Notes under the pieces: model-generated
The model's input: the letters and a program-made list of their open reading frames with translations, nothing else
Told to the model about the DNA's origin: nothing
The model's database searches: none
Assembly: GCA_964229335.1 (NCBI GenBank)
Contig: CAXRCZ010000005.1
Coordinates: 1-51,690 of the forward strand
DNA: 51,690 nucleotides
Direction of reading: 5' to 3'
From: Minisyncoccia bacterium
GTDB lineage: Bacteria > Patescibacteriota > Minisyncoccia > Phycocordibacterales > UBA918
Shown here: in pieces, positions 38,696 to 48,240 of the stretch
Layout: every line of letters begins with the position of its first letter
How positions within the stretch are numbered: the first letter of the stretch is position 1
Made by a program: the position numbers and the translations under genes

Positions 38696-39700
38696 TTATT
38701 GTTTGCTGGAATTAGTCAAAAAATCGTGGACAACCTGCTCGATTTCTTCAGCAGTGTTTTGCTCCATGAGAGATGCACGTAGTTCTGCTGCACCCGCAAA
38801 TCCATTCACATAGGCTTTGTAGTGCTTTTTCATAATGGCAAAATTCTTGTGCGGTAGTTCCTCTTCGAACAACCTGGTGTGCTCTACCATAATTCGTAAT
38901 CTCTCAGAGAGTGGCTCAGTACTAATATCTTTATCTGGATGAAATAAAAACGGATTACCAAAAATTGCCCGGCCTAACATCACGCCATCAGCACCAGTTT
39001 GTCTCACTTTGTCTTCTGCGTCGCTCAATGAAGTAGCGTCACCATTACCAATAACTAGAGTTTCTGAGTCTAATGAATCACGCAGCGCTACTATTCGCTC
39101 TATCCTACTCCAATCAGCGGGTACCTTACTCATTTCTTTTCTAGTCCGGGCGTGGACAGTAAGAACCGCAGGCGTTTCTTCTAGGAGATACGGAATCCAC
39201 TCATCTATTTGTTCATGATTGTAGCCAACACGCGTCTTTACCGACACAGGCAACTCACCCGCGCCTCGCTTGGCAGCTCTGATAATAGCCTTGGCCACTG
39301 TCGGATTTTTTATCATAGCGGACCCGCAGCCTTGCTTCTCAATCGAGCGGTCAGGACAGCCCATGTTGATATCTACCCCATCAAATCCAAGCTCTCTACA
39401 TAGTGCCGCGGCAGCTTCCATATGTGCTTCATTGCTTGAGAATAGTTGCGCCACTATCGGTCGTTCAGGCTCTGTGTAGGCAAGATCTGCAAGTAGCTTT
39501 TTGCGACCTTCTTCTGGTGCCAACGTTAATCCATCAGCCGACACAAACTCAGTCCACGTCACATCTGGACCGCCAATTGTTTCGTCTTTTCTTTCGTGAG
39601 CGCTGTACTTGGCAATCATCTGACGAAAAGCGACGTCGGTGACGTCGGCCATAGGTGCAAGAACAAATATGGGTTTCGGAAGATTTTGCCAAAAATTCAT
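38696..39700 (-). CDS. tRNA-dihydrouridine synthase (Dus family)
   Basis: LAPMADVTD, DINMGCP, SVKTR, VHART, GNGD, GVMLGR..FGNP. Confidence 0.95.
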   Translation of the reverse strand: MNFWQNLPKPIFVLAPMADVTDVAFRQMIAKYSAHERKDETIGGPDVTWTEFVSADGLTLAPEEGRKKLLADLAYTEPERPIVAQLFSSNEAHMEAAAALCRELGFDGVDINMGCPDRSIEKQGCGSAMIKNPTVAKAIIRAAKRGAGELPVSVKTRVGYNHEQIDEWIPYLLEETPAVLTVHARTRKEMSKVPADWSRIERIVALRDSLDSETLVIGNGDATSLSDAEDKVRQTGADGVMLGRAIFGNPFLFHPDKDISTEPLSERLRIMVEHTRLFEEELPHKNFAIMKKHYKAYVNGFAGAAELRASLMEQNTAEEIEQVVHDFLTNSSKQ

Positions 39701-39754
39701 AGTTTATAAGCTGGTGTACTGTACCAAACTATCTGGCTTTTTCTAGTGCAAGAC

Positions 39755-40735
39755 TTATTCAGAATCAGTTGAAGTAGCGGTGGTTTCTGTAATGACCTCC
39801 TCTGTTTCTTGGTCAGTTGTGACCTCTTCACTAGTGGTGGCACTCATGATAGCTGTGGCAGTACTGTCTCCATTGTCCAAATCTTCTACTGCAATAGCGT
39901 CGATAACATCAATAAGGTCTTCTTCTATTGTAGTGGTGGTTTCGTTTACAAATATTTTTTTGCCAAAGCGTAAATCAACATACTTAAACTCCTGTTTTTC
40001 TAAATGAGCAAATTCAGCAGAGCCAAGTAACGTCAAGAAATTTTCAACGGTTTCTTCTGGAGACTGCAGCAAAGAGATTTTTAATTCACCGCCTTCTCTC
40101 AAAGTAAGGTATGCGTCATCTCCCTGATCAATCTCAACCGCCGACACAGCCCAGTCAGCGGTGTCAAAGAGTTTCAACAGTGATTGGAGTTTCGTAAATT
40201 GCTCCGCTTCAATCAGGTGATTGTTCATAGTCGGATCAGAACCGATTTTGAAATAGCGAGTAAAAACGTTTCCTTGTAATTGGGGAGCGGTAGCAAAGGC
40301 ATATCCAGCATTATCAACAAACAAACAATTGGTATCTTCTCGACCACACCACAGTCCATAAGGTTCATACTCCTCTACTGTCACCATGAGAGACTGGTTA
40401 GACAGTTGATCGATGTGCACATCTTTCACACGCGGCACTGAACGTACGGCCGCTTCGATGTCATCTTCAGGATAGGTGTAGCTAAAGGTGCGAGGCACTA
40501 GATGAAAATATTCTCCTTCCAAAGAGTCCAGAACAGCAGCTTCAACATCATCCATCGGAATAGTATTACCTCCCTCAGCATCAACCTCAGAAATAGTAAC
40601 TCTTTCATGATTGGTTATATACCAAACACCCCACAGCAACCCAATGGTAAGCAAGATTATCAACAAACCCACCAAAAGACGTTTGACCAGGTGTGCAGTG
40701 GACGGGTTGCGACGTTTTTTGCGACGGCGTTTCAT
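39755..40735 (-). CDS. ftsQ: Cell division protein FtsQ/DivIB
   Basis: Basic N-terminus, single TM, POTRA domain, YVDLRFG. Confidence 0.8.
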   Translation of the reverse strand: MKRRRKKRRNPSTAHLVKRLLVGLLIILLTIGLLWGVWYITNHERVTISEVDAEGGNTIPMDDVEAAVLDSLEGEYFHLVPRTFSYTYPEDDIEAAVRSVPRVKDVHIDQLSNQSLMVTVEEYEPYGLWCGREDTNCLFVDNAGYAFATAPQLQGNVFTRYFKIGSDPTMNNHLIEAEQFTKLQSLLKLFDTADWAVSAVEIDQGDDAYLTLREGGELKISLLQSPEETVENFLTLLGSAEFAHLEKQEFKYVDLRFGKKIFVNETTTTIEEDLIDVIDAIAVEDLDNGDSTATAIMSATTSEEVTTDQETEEVITETTATSTDSE

Positions 40736-40801
40736 TTTGGAAATAGTAGCACAGGCAAGCGTTGATACAGCATAGTATCGTCTTGAAAGTTGAAGGCTAC
40801 T

Positions 40802-42061
40802 CTATCCAATTTGATCTTTTCCGAAATAGTTTTGTAAGACAGGTGGAATAGCAATAGAACCGTCAGCTTGTTGAAAATTCTCCACCATAGATACGAGAAT
40901 TCGCGGTGTCGGAATAGCGGTACAGTTAAGCGAGTGGGCGTAGCGAAGCTGCCCCTCATCATCACGGTACCGAATGTTAAACCGGCGGGTTTGAAAATCA
41001 TGGAAATATGAGGCGGAACTGATTTCGCGATAGGTTTTTTCGCCAGGTACCCAGAGTTCGATGTCGTATTTTTTTACTTGTCCTTGTCCTAAGTCAGCGC
41101 CGCAATTTAATACAGTTCGATATGGAATATTGAGCGATTCGATAAATTCTTCCGTATTACGGTTGAGTTCTTCGTGATAGCGAACGCTTTCTTCATGAGA
41201 AGCTGGACACAGTACAACCTGCTCTAATTTATAAAATTCATGGACTCGAATTAATCCTTTGGTATCTTTGCCGTGACTACCAGCTTCACGCCGATAACAC
41301 GGAGAAAAACCGAGCCATTTCTTCGGGAGTCCTGATTTTTCAATTACTTCATCTGCGTAATAACCCATCAAAGGTACTTCGCTGGTGCCGGCTAGATAAT
41401 CGCCGTCTTGCGTCTGGTAGACATCTTCTGCTTCATTGGGAAGATGTCCGGTTCCATACAAATTACTTTTGCGGACGATGCTCGGTGGCAGAACTGGAGT
41501 GAAGCCTTTTTGTTGAAAAAAGTCATTAGCATAATTCCAAATTGCCCATGACAAACGAGCGCCATCACCTATTAAAAAATAACCGCGGAAGCCGTGAACC
41601 TTTGAGCCACGTTCAAGGTCGAGCATGCCGTGCTTTTCCATTAGTTCGATATGACTCTTTGATTCAAATGAAAACTCTCTATTATCACCCCAGGTACGCA
41701 ATTCTTCATTGTCAGCGTCACTCTCCCCGTCGGGGACAGTCATGTCGGGGATATTCGGCACTTGCAGCATCAGTGCTTGCCACTCTTCCATGACTGGTTT
41801 GAGTTTTTCCTCGAGAGACTGAATGTCTGTTTTGATTGATTGCATATCAGCAATCAATGCTTGTTTTTCTTCAGATGGAGCGGTGGCGATGGTGTCTGAA
41901 GCTTGATTTTGCTCAGCCCGCTTCCCTTCTAGCTCGGTCATGATTTCACGCCGACTATCATCGACTTTAACAAGCTGATCTAGATCAATGTCTATTCGCT
42001 TTTTTTTGGCTGCCTCTTTAACTAAATCGAGGTTTTCTCTAATAAATTTTATATCAAGCAC
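40802..42061 (-). CDS. serS: Serine--tRNA ligase
   Basis: MLDIKFIREN, GTSEVPL, CYRREAG..G.DT.GLIRVHEF.K.E, YREISSAS; GTG start; TATAAT at 42099-42094. Confidence 0.98.
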   Translation of the reverse strand: MLDIKFIRENLDLVKEAAKKKRIDIDLDQLVKVDDSRREIMTELEGKRAEQNQASDTIATAPSEEKQALIADMQSIKTDIQSLEEKLKPVMEEWQALMLQVPNIPDMTVPDGESDADNEELRTWGDNREFSFESKSHIELMEKHGMLDLERGSKVHGFRGYFLIGDGARLSWAIWNYANDFFQQKGFTPVLPPSIVRKSNLYGTGHLPNEAEDVYQTQDGDYLAGTSEVPLMGYYADEVIEKSGLPKKWLGFSPCYRREAGSHGKDTKGLIRVHEFYKLEQVVLCPASHEESVRYHEELNRNTEEFIESLNIPYRTVLNCGADLGQGQVKKYDIELWVPGEKTYREISSASYFHDFQTRRFNIRYRDDEGQLRYAHSLNCTAIPTPRILVSMVENFQQADGSIAIPPVLQNYFGKDQIG

Positions 42062-42122
42062 AGTGGTTCGACTGGTTAGTTATAGTAGGTCGTATTATAC
42101 ACCATTTGTATGGTGTAAATAT

Positions 42123-42161
42123 AAAAAGAAAGGCCCGTCGCGAATTGGTACGAAGGGCCTT
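42123..42161 (-). terminator. Terminator-like hairpin ending the large RNA candidate
   Basis: Minus strand AAGGCCC...GGGCCTT-TCTTTTTAT. Confidence 0.65.
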
Positions 42162-42599
42162 GGGGTTTCAGATCTGATGGTAAACATCCACGAACGGTGC
42201 GATTCTGCACCAGATTTTGCTAATCAAGCTAATCAATTTTGACTCTTTGGACGAGCCATAACGATAGCGATCGGCGATGATCGTGAATGATGTTCCAGAG
42301 GAAGGTATTTAGCTGTCGCAAGCGACGAGCGGATTATGTTTCCTTTGGAACGAAACTTCTTAGATGGGTAAACGAGCGGATGATAACTTCAATCCTATAA
42401 AAAAGTGGGTCAAAATTTGAGGTTTACACCCCAAGACTAACGATTTCAAGACTGACGTCACCAACATTATGCAATGCAACTGAATAGACGAGCTGAACAG
42501 CGCAAAGCAGTCGTTTGTATTTCCATCTCAAATCATCTGGAAAGAACTCAATCAACCGAAGTTGATTACCCGGACGAGTTCTCAACTTCTGATTCACCT
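42123..42599 (-). ncRNA. Unidentified large structured RNA candidate of about 475 nt
   Basis: Promoter TTGACA-17-TAAATT; terminator; cUUCGg hairpin; long-range nested helices; ten TCGT motifs; no credible ORF. Confidence 0.65.
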
Positions 42600-42605
42600 A
42601 CGCAT

Positions 42606-42634
42606 AATTTAGCAGATAGGCTATTCATTGTCAA
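42606..42634 (-). promoter_or_regulatory. Near-consensus sigma70 promoter
   Basis: TTGACA (42634-42629)-17 nt-TAAATT (42611-42606), back to back with the dprA promoter. Confidence 0.75.
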
Positions 42635-42650
42635 TGGTACACTGCAAGTA

Positions 42651-43514
42651 ATGGAATTCCCTATCAAAACTCTTCGTAGTAGTGTGTTTCCGGCTCTTCT
42701 TAAGGAAATACCCCAACCACCTGAGACGATGTATTATCGTGGCCAACTACCACCTCCCGAGATGACTCTACTCACGGTAGTTGGCTCTCGCAAGTACACA
42801 ACCTATGGTAAACAGGCAGTTAATGAACTGATTGGTGGACTAAGTGGATATAACATCGGAATAGTCTCAGGCTTAGCGTTAGGGATTGATTCATTAGCCC
42901 ACGAAGCAGCGCTAAAAAACAATCTATACACATTAGGTATTCCAGGTGGCGGCCTGAATGATAATGTACTCTATCCCAGCCAGCATAAACGGCTGGCCTA
43001 TCGCATACTTGAAGCTGGTGGATGTCTATTATCTGAGTTTGCCCCAGACTTTAAAGCTACTACTTGGTCGTTCCCTAAGCGCAATCGGTTGCAAGCTGGT
43101 ATTAGTCACGCCACGCTCCTTATTGAAGCGGCGGAAAAATCTGGCACCTTAATCACCGCTCGCCTAGCCACTGACTTCAATCGTGAGTTGCTAGTGGTGC
43201 CCGGAAATATATTCTCTAAAAATTCAGCTGGAGTGCACCAATTTCTAAAGCTCGGTGCAACGCCAGTAACAACAGCGGATGATATTTTGGATGCTTTGAG
43301 GATTGAAAAATCCGAATCAGTGAAAGAAATTGAGACCAGTAATCTATCAAGTACCGAAGAAAAGGTTCTCGCTGTACTACAATCACCCTGCCATCGAGAC
43401 GAATTGTTACGTTCTTTAGATTTACCAGTTTCTGAAGGCAATCGCTTATTAATGGAGATGGAATTGAAAAATTACATCGCTTCTGAACAGAATATATATC
43501 GATCTTTATTATAG
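42651..43514 (+). CDS. dprA: DNA-processing protein DprA
   Basis: VVGSRK.T.YG, IVSGLALGID..AH, FPKRNR, EAAEKSGTLITA, VPG; start MEFP at 42651 after TGgTACACT. Confidence 0.96.
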   Translation: MEFPIKTLRSSVFPALLKEIPQPPETMYYRGQLPPPEMTLLTVVGSRKYTTYGKQAVNELIGGLSGYNIGIVSGLALGIDSLAHEAALKNNLYTLGIPGGGLNDNVLYPSQHKRLAYRILEAGGCLLSEFAPDFKATTWSFPKRNRLQAGISHATLLIEAAEKSGTLITARLATDFNRELLVVPGNIFSKNSAGVHQFLKLGATPVTTADDILDALRIEKSESVKEIETSNLSSTEEKVLAVLQSPCHRDELLRSLDLPVSEGNRLLMEMELKNYIASEQNIYRSLL

Positions 43515-43517
43515 AAA

Positions 43518-43541
43518 GCACCCGACAATTAAGTCGGGTGC
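43518..43541. terminator. Hairpin between convergent genes
   Basis: gcacccgac-aattaa-gtcgggtgc. Confidence 0.6.
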
Positions 43542-43566
43542 AAATTCATCAGTTCGGGCGGCTGTG

Positions 43567-43767
43567 CTACTGGTCGGACATCAGATGCATTACATCCATT
43601 GCACCGTGAAGGTAGTTCTTCCCGCGATCCCCGAAGAGTTTCGAGGCTGTGGAAGCAAGTTTCCGAGCAATCTCAGGACTCTGATCATAGAGTGCAGAAA
43701 TCCATTCTTTCACTTCACTGTCGGCACGCTGGTAACATAGCCTTGTCTCAAGATGTTGGAGCTCCAT
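43567..43767 (-). CDS. Small orphan protein between dprA and topA
   Basis: 66 aa from MELQHL with AGGAGA SD. Confidence 0.55.
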   Translation of the reverse strand: MELQHLETRLCYQRADSEVKEWISALYDQSPEIARKLASTASKLFGDRGKNYLHGAMDVMHLMSDQ

Positions 43768-43882
43768 GACAATCTCTCCTACTTTATCCAAAAAGAACAA
43801 ACTTATTATATATTAAATATTATTATTGTCAAATAAATTTGACTTTTTCTATTCATGCTAGTATTTGTTACTGCAACTATAT

Positions 43883-46231
43883 ATGAATACTTTAGTAATT
43901 GTTGAGTCACCAGCCAAAGCCAAGACCTTGGAAAAATATCTCGGTAAGGACTACACCGTTCTCTCATCCGTGGGACACGTTCGAGACTTACCAAAAAGCA
44001 ATAAGGATGCAGTAGATGTTGAGGCTGGATTTGTCCCCAAATACACCGTTTCTCCTGGTAAACAAGTGGTGATAGATAAATTGAAGCGAGCGGCAAAAAA
44101 AGCCGACACTGTGCTACTGGCGTCTGATCCCGACCGTGAAGGTGAAGCGATTGCTTGGCATGTAGCCGAACTCTTGAAAGACACGAACTCTAACCTTAAG
44201 CGAGTGGCTTTTAATGAGATTACCAAAGATGCGGTAGTCGAAGCTATCAAGCAACCGCGTGAAATAGATATTGATTTAAAAGAAGCGCAAGAAGCCAGGC
44301 GTGTACTTGACCGATTAGTTGGATATGACCTCTCAGGTCTCATCTGGAAGAAAGTACGCTACGGACTATCCGCTGGCCGTGTGCAGTCCCCTGCTCTGCG
44401 CATCGTGATGGAAAGAGAGCGAGAAATTCGCGCCTTTGTACCGACAGACTTTTTTGTCCTGACGGCTGATTTGAAGAAATCTTCACTAGTAATGCCATTC
44501 ACCTGTAGCGAAGAACCAACTGAAGAGAAAGAAGCTGAGCGGATTAAGACCATCGGCGAAAAACATGACTGGAAGGTGACCCAAGTCAAAGAGAGTGAAG
44601 TAAAACGCGCACCAAAACCACCCTTTACCACCTCTACCCTGCAGCAAGTAGCCTCAACTCGACTAGGCTTCACTCCGTCCCGCACCATGGGAGCAGCGCA
44701 GAAGCTATACGAAGCTGGACATATAACTTATATGCGTACCGACAGCACCACCTTAAGCACCCAAGCAAGTAAACAGATTTTGTCACTAATAAAAAAAGAG
44801 TATGGTGAGCAATATGCTGAAAGTAGAAGTTACAAAACTAAAAGCAAGTCAGCCCAAGAAGCTCATGAAGCGATTCGACCCACATCAGTTGATAAAAAAT
44901 CTGCTGGCAGCACCGCTGATCAAAAAGCTCTGTATGAGCTAATATGGCAACGAACTATGGCTTCCCAGATGGCTGACGCTACCATGAAGCGTACCAAGAT
45001 AAGTGCCAACGTAGTCGATAGTAAAGAAACTATTCCAGATTTCACAGTAAATGGTTCTCGACTGATGTTTGACGGATGGTTGAAAGCTGATCCCAAAGCA
45101 CGCGGAGAGGATACTGAGGTACCAAAAATTGCTGATGGAGACAATCTTTCATGTAAATCTGTCTCCATTGAAGCCAAGCAAACCCAACCGCCAAACCGCT
45201 ACACCGAAGCTGGTTTGATTAAGGAATTAGAAAAACGCGGCATTGGACGCCCTTCTACCTACGCTTCTATCATGAAAACCATCATCGACCGTGGTTACGT
45301 CGAAAAAGAAGGTCGGACATTATTGCCGACAGATACTGGCGATGTGGTTTCAAGTTTCTTGGAAGAACATTTCATGGACTACATCAGTGATGACTTCACA
45401 AGTGAGATGGAAGATGAACTCGATGATATTGCAACTGGTGAGCGAGAGTACGAAAAAACGCTTCGCGAATTCTACACCCCATTCCAGAAAGCAGTCGCCG
45501 CAAAGGAGGATATTGAGAAACTAACCAACCTCGGACCTGGTCCAAAAGAATTTCCTTGCCCAGACTGTAAGGCACCGATGGTGCGTAAACTTGGAAAGAA
45601 TGGCACTTTTCTATCCTGTTCACGCTATCCTGATTGTGAAGGAGCTCGCTTGATTGACGGGTCATTGATTAAAGATGATGAACCTATCGGACTACATCCA
45701 GATACAAAAGAAGAGATTTTTGTCTTGAATGGAAAATACGGACCGTACGTACAACTTGGCGCTACTCCAGAAAAAGGCAGCAAAGCACCGAAGCCACAAC
45801 GAGCCGCCCTACCAGAAGGCGTATCCCCAGAAGATGTGACTGTTGAAGCAGCAGCTAAATGGTTGACTCTACCAAGAGAACTGGGAGAACATCCAAAAAC
45901 TGGCGAACCAGTGGTTGCCAACACTGGAAAATTTGGACCATACATAGCTCATGCCGGAGATTATCGCTCACTAAAAGATCCTGATGACCCCTACACCATT
46001 ACCTTTGAGCGTGCGATGGAAATCTATAGTGAACCAAAACAGCTGCGCAAAGGAGAATCCTTATGTAAAGAACTAGGTATTCACCCAAAGACTCGAAAGC
46101 TAGTAAATGTATATGAATCAAAATCTGGCCGTTATCTAAAGAAAGGTTTCAAACGAATCTCTATTCCAGATGATATAAAGACTGACGATATTACCCTTGA
46201 GCTCGCAGTTGAGATGCTAAAACAAAAATAG
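43883..46231 (+). CDS. topA: DNA topoisomerase I
   Basis: LVIVESPAKAKT, DPDREGE, SAGRVQS, ITYMRTD, QEAHEAIRPT; one C4 zinc ribbon followed by Topo_C repeats (GKYGPY, GKFGPY). Confidence 0.98.
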   Translation: MNTLVIVESPAKAKTLEKYLGKDYTVLSSVGHVRDLPKSNKDAVDVEAGFVPKYTVSPGKQVVIDKLKRAAKKADTVLLASDPDREGEAIAWHVAELLKDTNSNLKRVAFNEITKDAVVEAIKQPREIDIDLKEAQEARRVLDRLVGYDLSGLIWKKVRYGLSAGRVQSPALRIVMEREREIRAFVPTDFFVLTADLKKSSLVMPFTCSEEPTEEKEAERIKTIGEKHDWKVTQVKESEVKRAPKPPFTTSTLQQVASTRLGFTPSRTMGAAQKLYEAGHITYMRTDSTTLSTQASKQILSLIKKEYGEQYAESRSYKTKSKSAQEAHEAIRPTSVDKKSAGSTADQKALYELIWQRTMASQMADATMKRTKISANVVDSKETIPDFTVNGSRLMFDGWLKADPKARGEDTEVPKIADGDNLSCKSVSIEAKQTQPPNRYTEAGLIKELEKRGIGRPSTYASIMKTIIDRGYVEKEGRTLLPTDTGDVVSSFLEEHFMDYISDDFTSEMEDELDDIATGEREYEKTLREFYTPFQKAVAAKEDIEKLTNLGPGPKEFPCPDCKAPMVRKLGKNGTFLSCSRYPDCEGARLIDGSLIKDDEPIGLHPDTKEEIFVLNGKYGPYVQLGATPEKGSKAPKPQRAALPEGVSPEDVTVEAAAKWLTLPRELGEHPKTGEPVVANTGKFGPYIAHAGDYRSLKDPDDPYTITFERAMEIYSEPKQLRKGESLCKELGIHPKTRKLVNVYESKSGRYLKKGFKRISIPDDIKTDDITLELAVEMLKQK

Positions 46232-46232
46232 G

Positions 46233-46264
46233 AAAAGCCGTCGCGCTAGCGCGACGACTTTTTT
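46233..46264. terminator. Bidirectional intrinsic terminator
   Basis: aaaagccgtcgcgc-ta-gcgcgacgactttttt. Confidence 0.8.
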
Positions 46265-46278
46265 GATGAGGTAACCTG

Positions 46279-46578
46279 CTAGGCTGCCAGAATGGCGATT
46301 GCGGGAGGTTCGTGTCGACTCAAGCCGACAGCATCCTTCAGCCGGCCAGCAATTTGGAGTTGGCCTGGCTCGGCTTCGATCTGAACCCTCACGTTCTGAC
46401 CGTACTGCTCGACATGTCCGAACCTCGGACCAGCAATGAATTCAATCGCCGGCTCGGGGTTTGCCTGTGAGCTCGTGACTTCCCAGCCACAACGCCTGGC
46501 GGCATTTTCAAGCTTGGTCAAGACAGCGAAACGATCAGTGTCTGGGCCGCAGGTTATTGATGCCTTTGCTTGGCACAT
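46279..46578 (-). CDS. Small orphan protein
   Basis: 99 aa from MCQAKA with GGAGG SD; ends ...AIAILAA. Confidence 0.55.
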   Translation of the reverse strand: MCQAKASITCGPDTDRFAVLTKLENAARRCGWEVTSSQANPEPAIEFIAGPRFGHVEQYGQNVRVQIEAEPGQLQIAGRLKDAVGLSRHEPPAIAILAA

Positions 46579-46698
46579 TTGTATTCCTCCTCGAGAACAA
46601 AAAAATGATCCGAATGGACCGCTTTGTGTTATACCGTGCAAGACCTATTAACGCAAGAACAACTTGTCAGTTCTTGATTATCTCTCTACAATAAAACT

Positions 46699-48240
46699 AT
46701 GTACACCGTCACCGAAATTATCGGTCAAATTAAGAGCGCCAATCCAGAAGATAAAGAGCTGATTAAATCAGCGTATACTTTTGCAGAGATTGCTCACAAA
46801 GACCACACTCGCTATTCAGGCGAACCATACATGATTCACCTCGCGAGCGTGGGTTACAAGTTGGCGGCTATGGGTATGGCGCCCCAAACCATTGCAGCTG
46901 GTTTACTCCACGATACTATTGAAGATACGCCGGTTACCACTGAGGATATTAAAAAAACCTTTGGGGATGAAATTCTATTCTTAGTAGACGGGGTCACCAA
47001 ATTGAGCTCCGTCCGCTACCACGGTACCGACAGACATAACGAAAGTTTGAGAAAATTGTTCGTTGCTACTAGCCAAGATATTCGGGTGCTGATTATCAAA
47101 TTGGTTGACCGTCTTCACAACATGGAGACCTTGGAGCATGTACCAACTGAAAAGCAATTGCGTATTGCTCGTGAGACATTAGAAATATACGTCCCTGTAG
47201 CACACCGACTGGGTATGGGTCGCTTGCGAAAAGAGCTCGAGGACTTAGCTTTCCCATACGTTTATCCAGAGGAATACCAGAAAGTCCAAAAGGCATTGGC
47301 TAGTCGAATCGGCAAGAATCAAGAGTTCATAGAACGAGAACGAAAGGTGCTACAAAAACGCTTAGCTGAAAGTCTTACCTCATTTCATACTCACTATCGC
47401 GTCAAAGGATTTTATAGCTTATATCACAAGCTGCGACGCAAAGATTGGGATATCAATTCAGTCTATGACTTGTTAGCGATGCGAGTGGTGGTGGATACAG
47501 TCGAGGATTGTTACCGAGTGCTGGGTATTGTACATGAACTATGGCGACCACTACCTAAACGAATGAAAGATTATATTGCCTTTCCTAAACCAAACGGCTA
47601 CCAATCAATCCACACTACTGTTACCACTCAAAACGGCGTGATTTTGGAGATTCAAATCCGGACCGCTAAAATGCACCGTGAAGCCGAGTATGGTGTCGCT
47701 TCGCATATTTTTTATAAACAACCAGTAGTAAGCGATACTCCAGAAAAAGCATCAAAGTTTTCTTCTTTGGTACCGTTGTTGTTCCGACCCTTTAGAAACC
47801 GCACTGCAGACACTACCGATGAAGCTTTGGAACAGACTGCTACTGAACCGCATCATAGTAAAATTCCTCGCTGGGTCGCCAATATTGGACACGTCTATAC
47901 GCACGCTACCACTTCAACTCAAGAATTCGTTGAGGATATGCGTAGTGATTTTTTTACCAATCGAATCTTTGTATTTACACCAATTGGTGACGTAGTTGAT
48001 TTGCCAGTCGGAGCAACTCCAATCGACTTTGCGTATGCCATTCACTCAGAAATTGGCGATCACACCTCCGGGGCAATAGTGAATCAAAAGCTAGTACAAC
48101 TTGATACCGAACTGCGAAATGGAGACATTGTAAAAATTGTCACCCGCAAATCAGCCAAACCCACTAGAAAATGGCTGGATTCAACCAAAACGTCTTTGGC
48201 AAGACGAAGAATAAAAAACGCACTCGAAGCTACACCGTAA
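46699..48240 (+). CDS. RelA/SpoT homologue (HD hydrolase, synthetase and TGS domains; no ACT)
   Basis: RYSGEPY..H, LLHDTIED, DRLHNM, KDYIAFPKPNGYQSIHT, EIQIRT, FVFTP.GD...LP.GATPIDFAY. Confidence 0.95.
   Translation: MYTVTEIIGQIKSANPEDKELIKSAYTFAEIAHKDHTRYSGEPYMIHLASVGYKLAAMGMAPQTIAAGLLHDTIEDTPVTTEDIKKTFGDEILFLVDGVTKLSSVRYHGTDRHNESLRKLFVATSQDIRVLIIKLVDRLHNMETLEHVPTEKQLRIARETLEIYVPVAHRLGMGRLRKELEDLAFPYVYPEEYQKVQKALASRIGKNQEFIERERKVLQKRLAESLTSFHTHYRVKGFYSLYHKLRRKDWDINSVYDLLAMRVVVDTVEDCYRVLGIVHELWRPLPKRMKDYIAFPKPNGYQSIHTTVTTQNGVILEIQIRTAKMHREAEYGVASHIFYKQPVVSDTPEKASKFSSLVPLLFRPFRNRTADTTDEALEQTATEPHHSKIPRWVANIGHVYTHATTSTQEFVEDMRSDFFTNRIFVFTPIGDVVDLPVGATPIDFAYAIHSEIGDHTSGAIVNQKLVQLDTELRNGDIVKIVTRKSAKPTRKWLDSTKTSLARRRIKNALEATP

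Noticed and set aside
42150-42577. CRISPR array or replication origin explaining the ACGA repeats
   Set aside because: The motifs are only 4-10 nt and irregularly spaced; no cas genes and no TTATCCACA-type DnaA boxes are present.
42123-42599. T-box riboswitch upstream of serS
   Set aside because: No TGGNACC T-box sequence before the terminator, the region is longer than a typical T-box leader, and serS has its own TATAAT downstream of the terminator.
42474-42650. N-terminal extension of DprA in the ORF track
   Set aside because: DprA-like sequence begins at MEFP (42651) just after an extended -10; the extension overlaps the opposite-strand promoter and RNA candidate.
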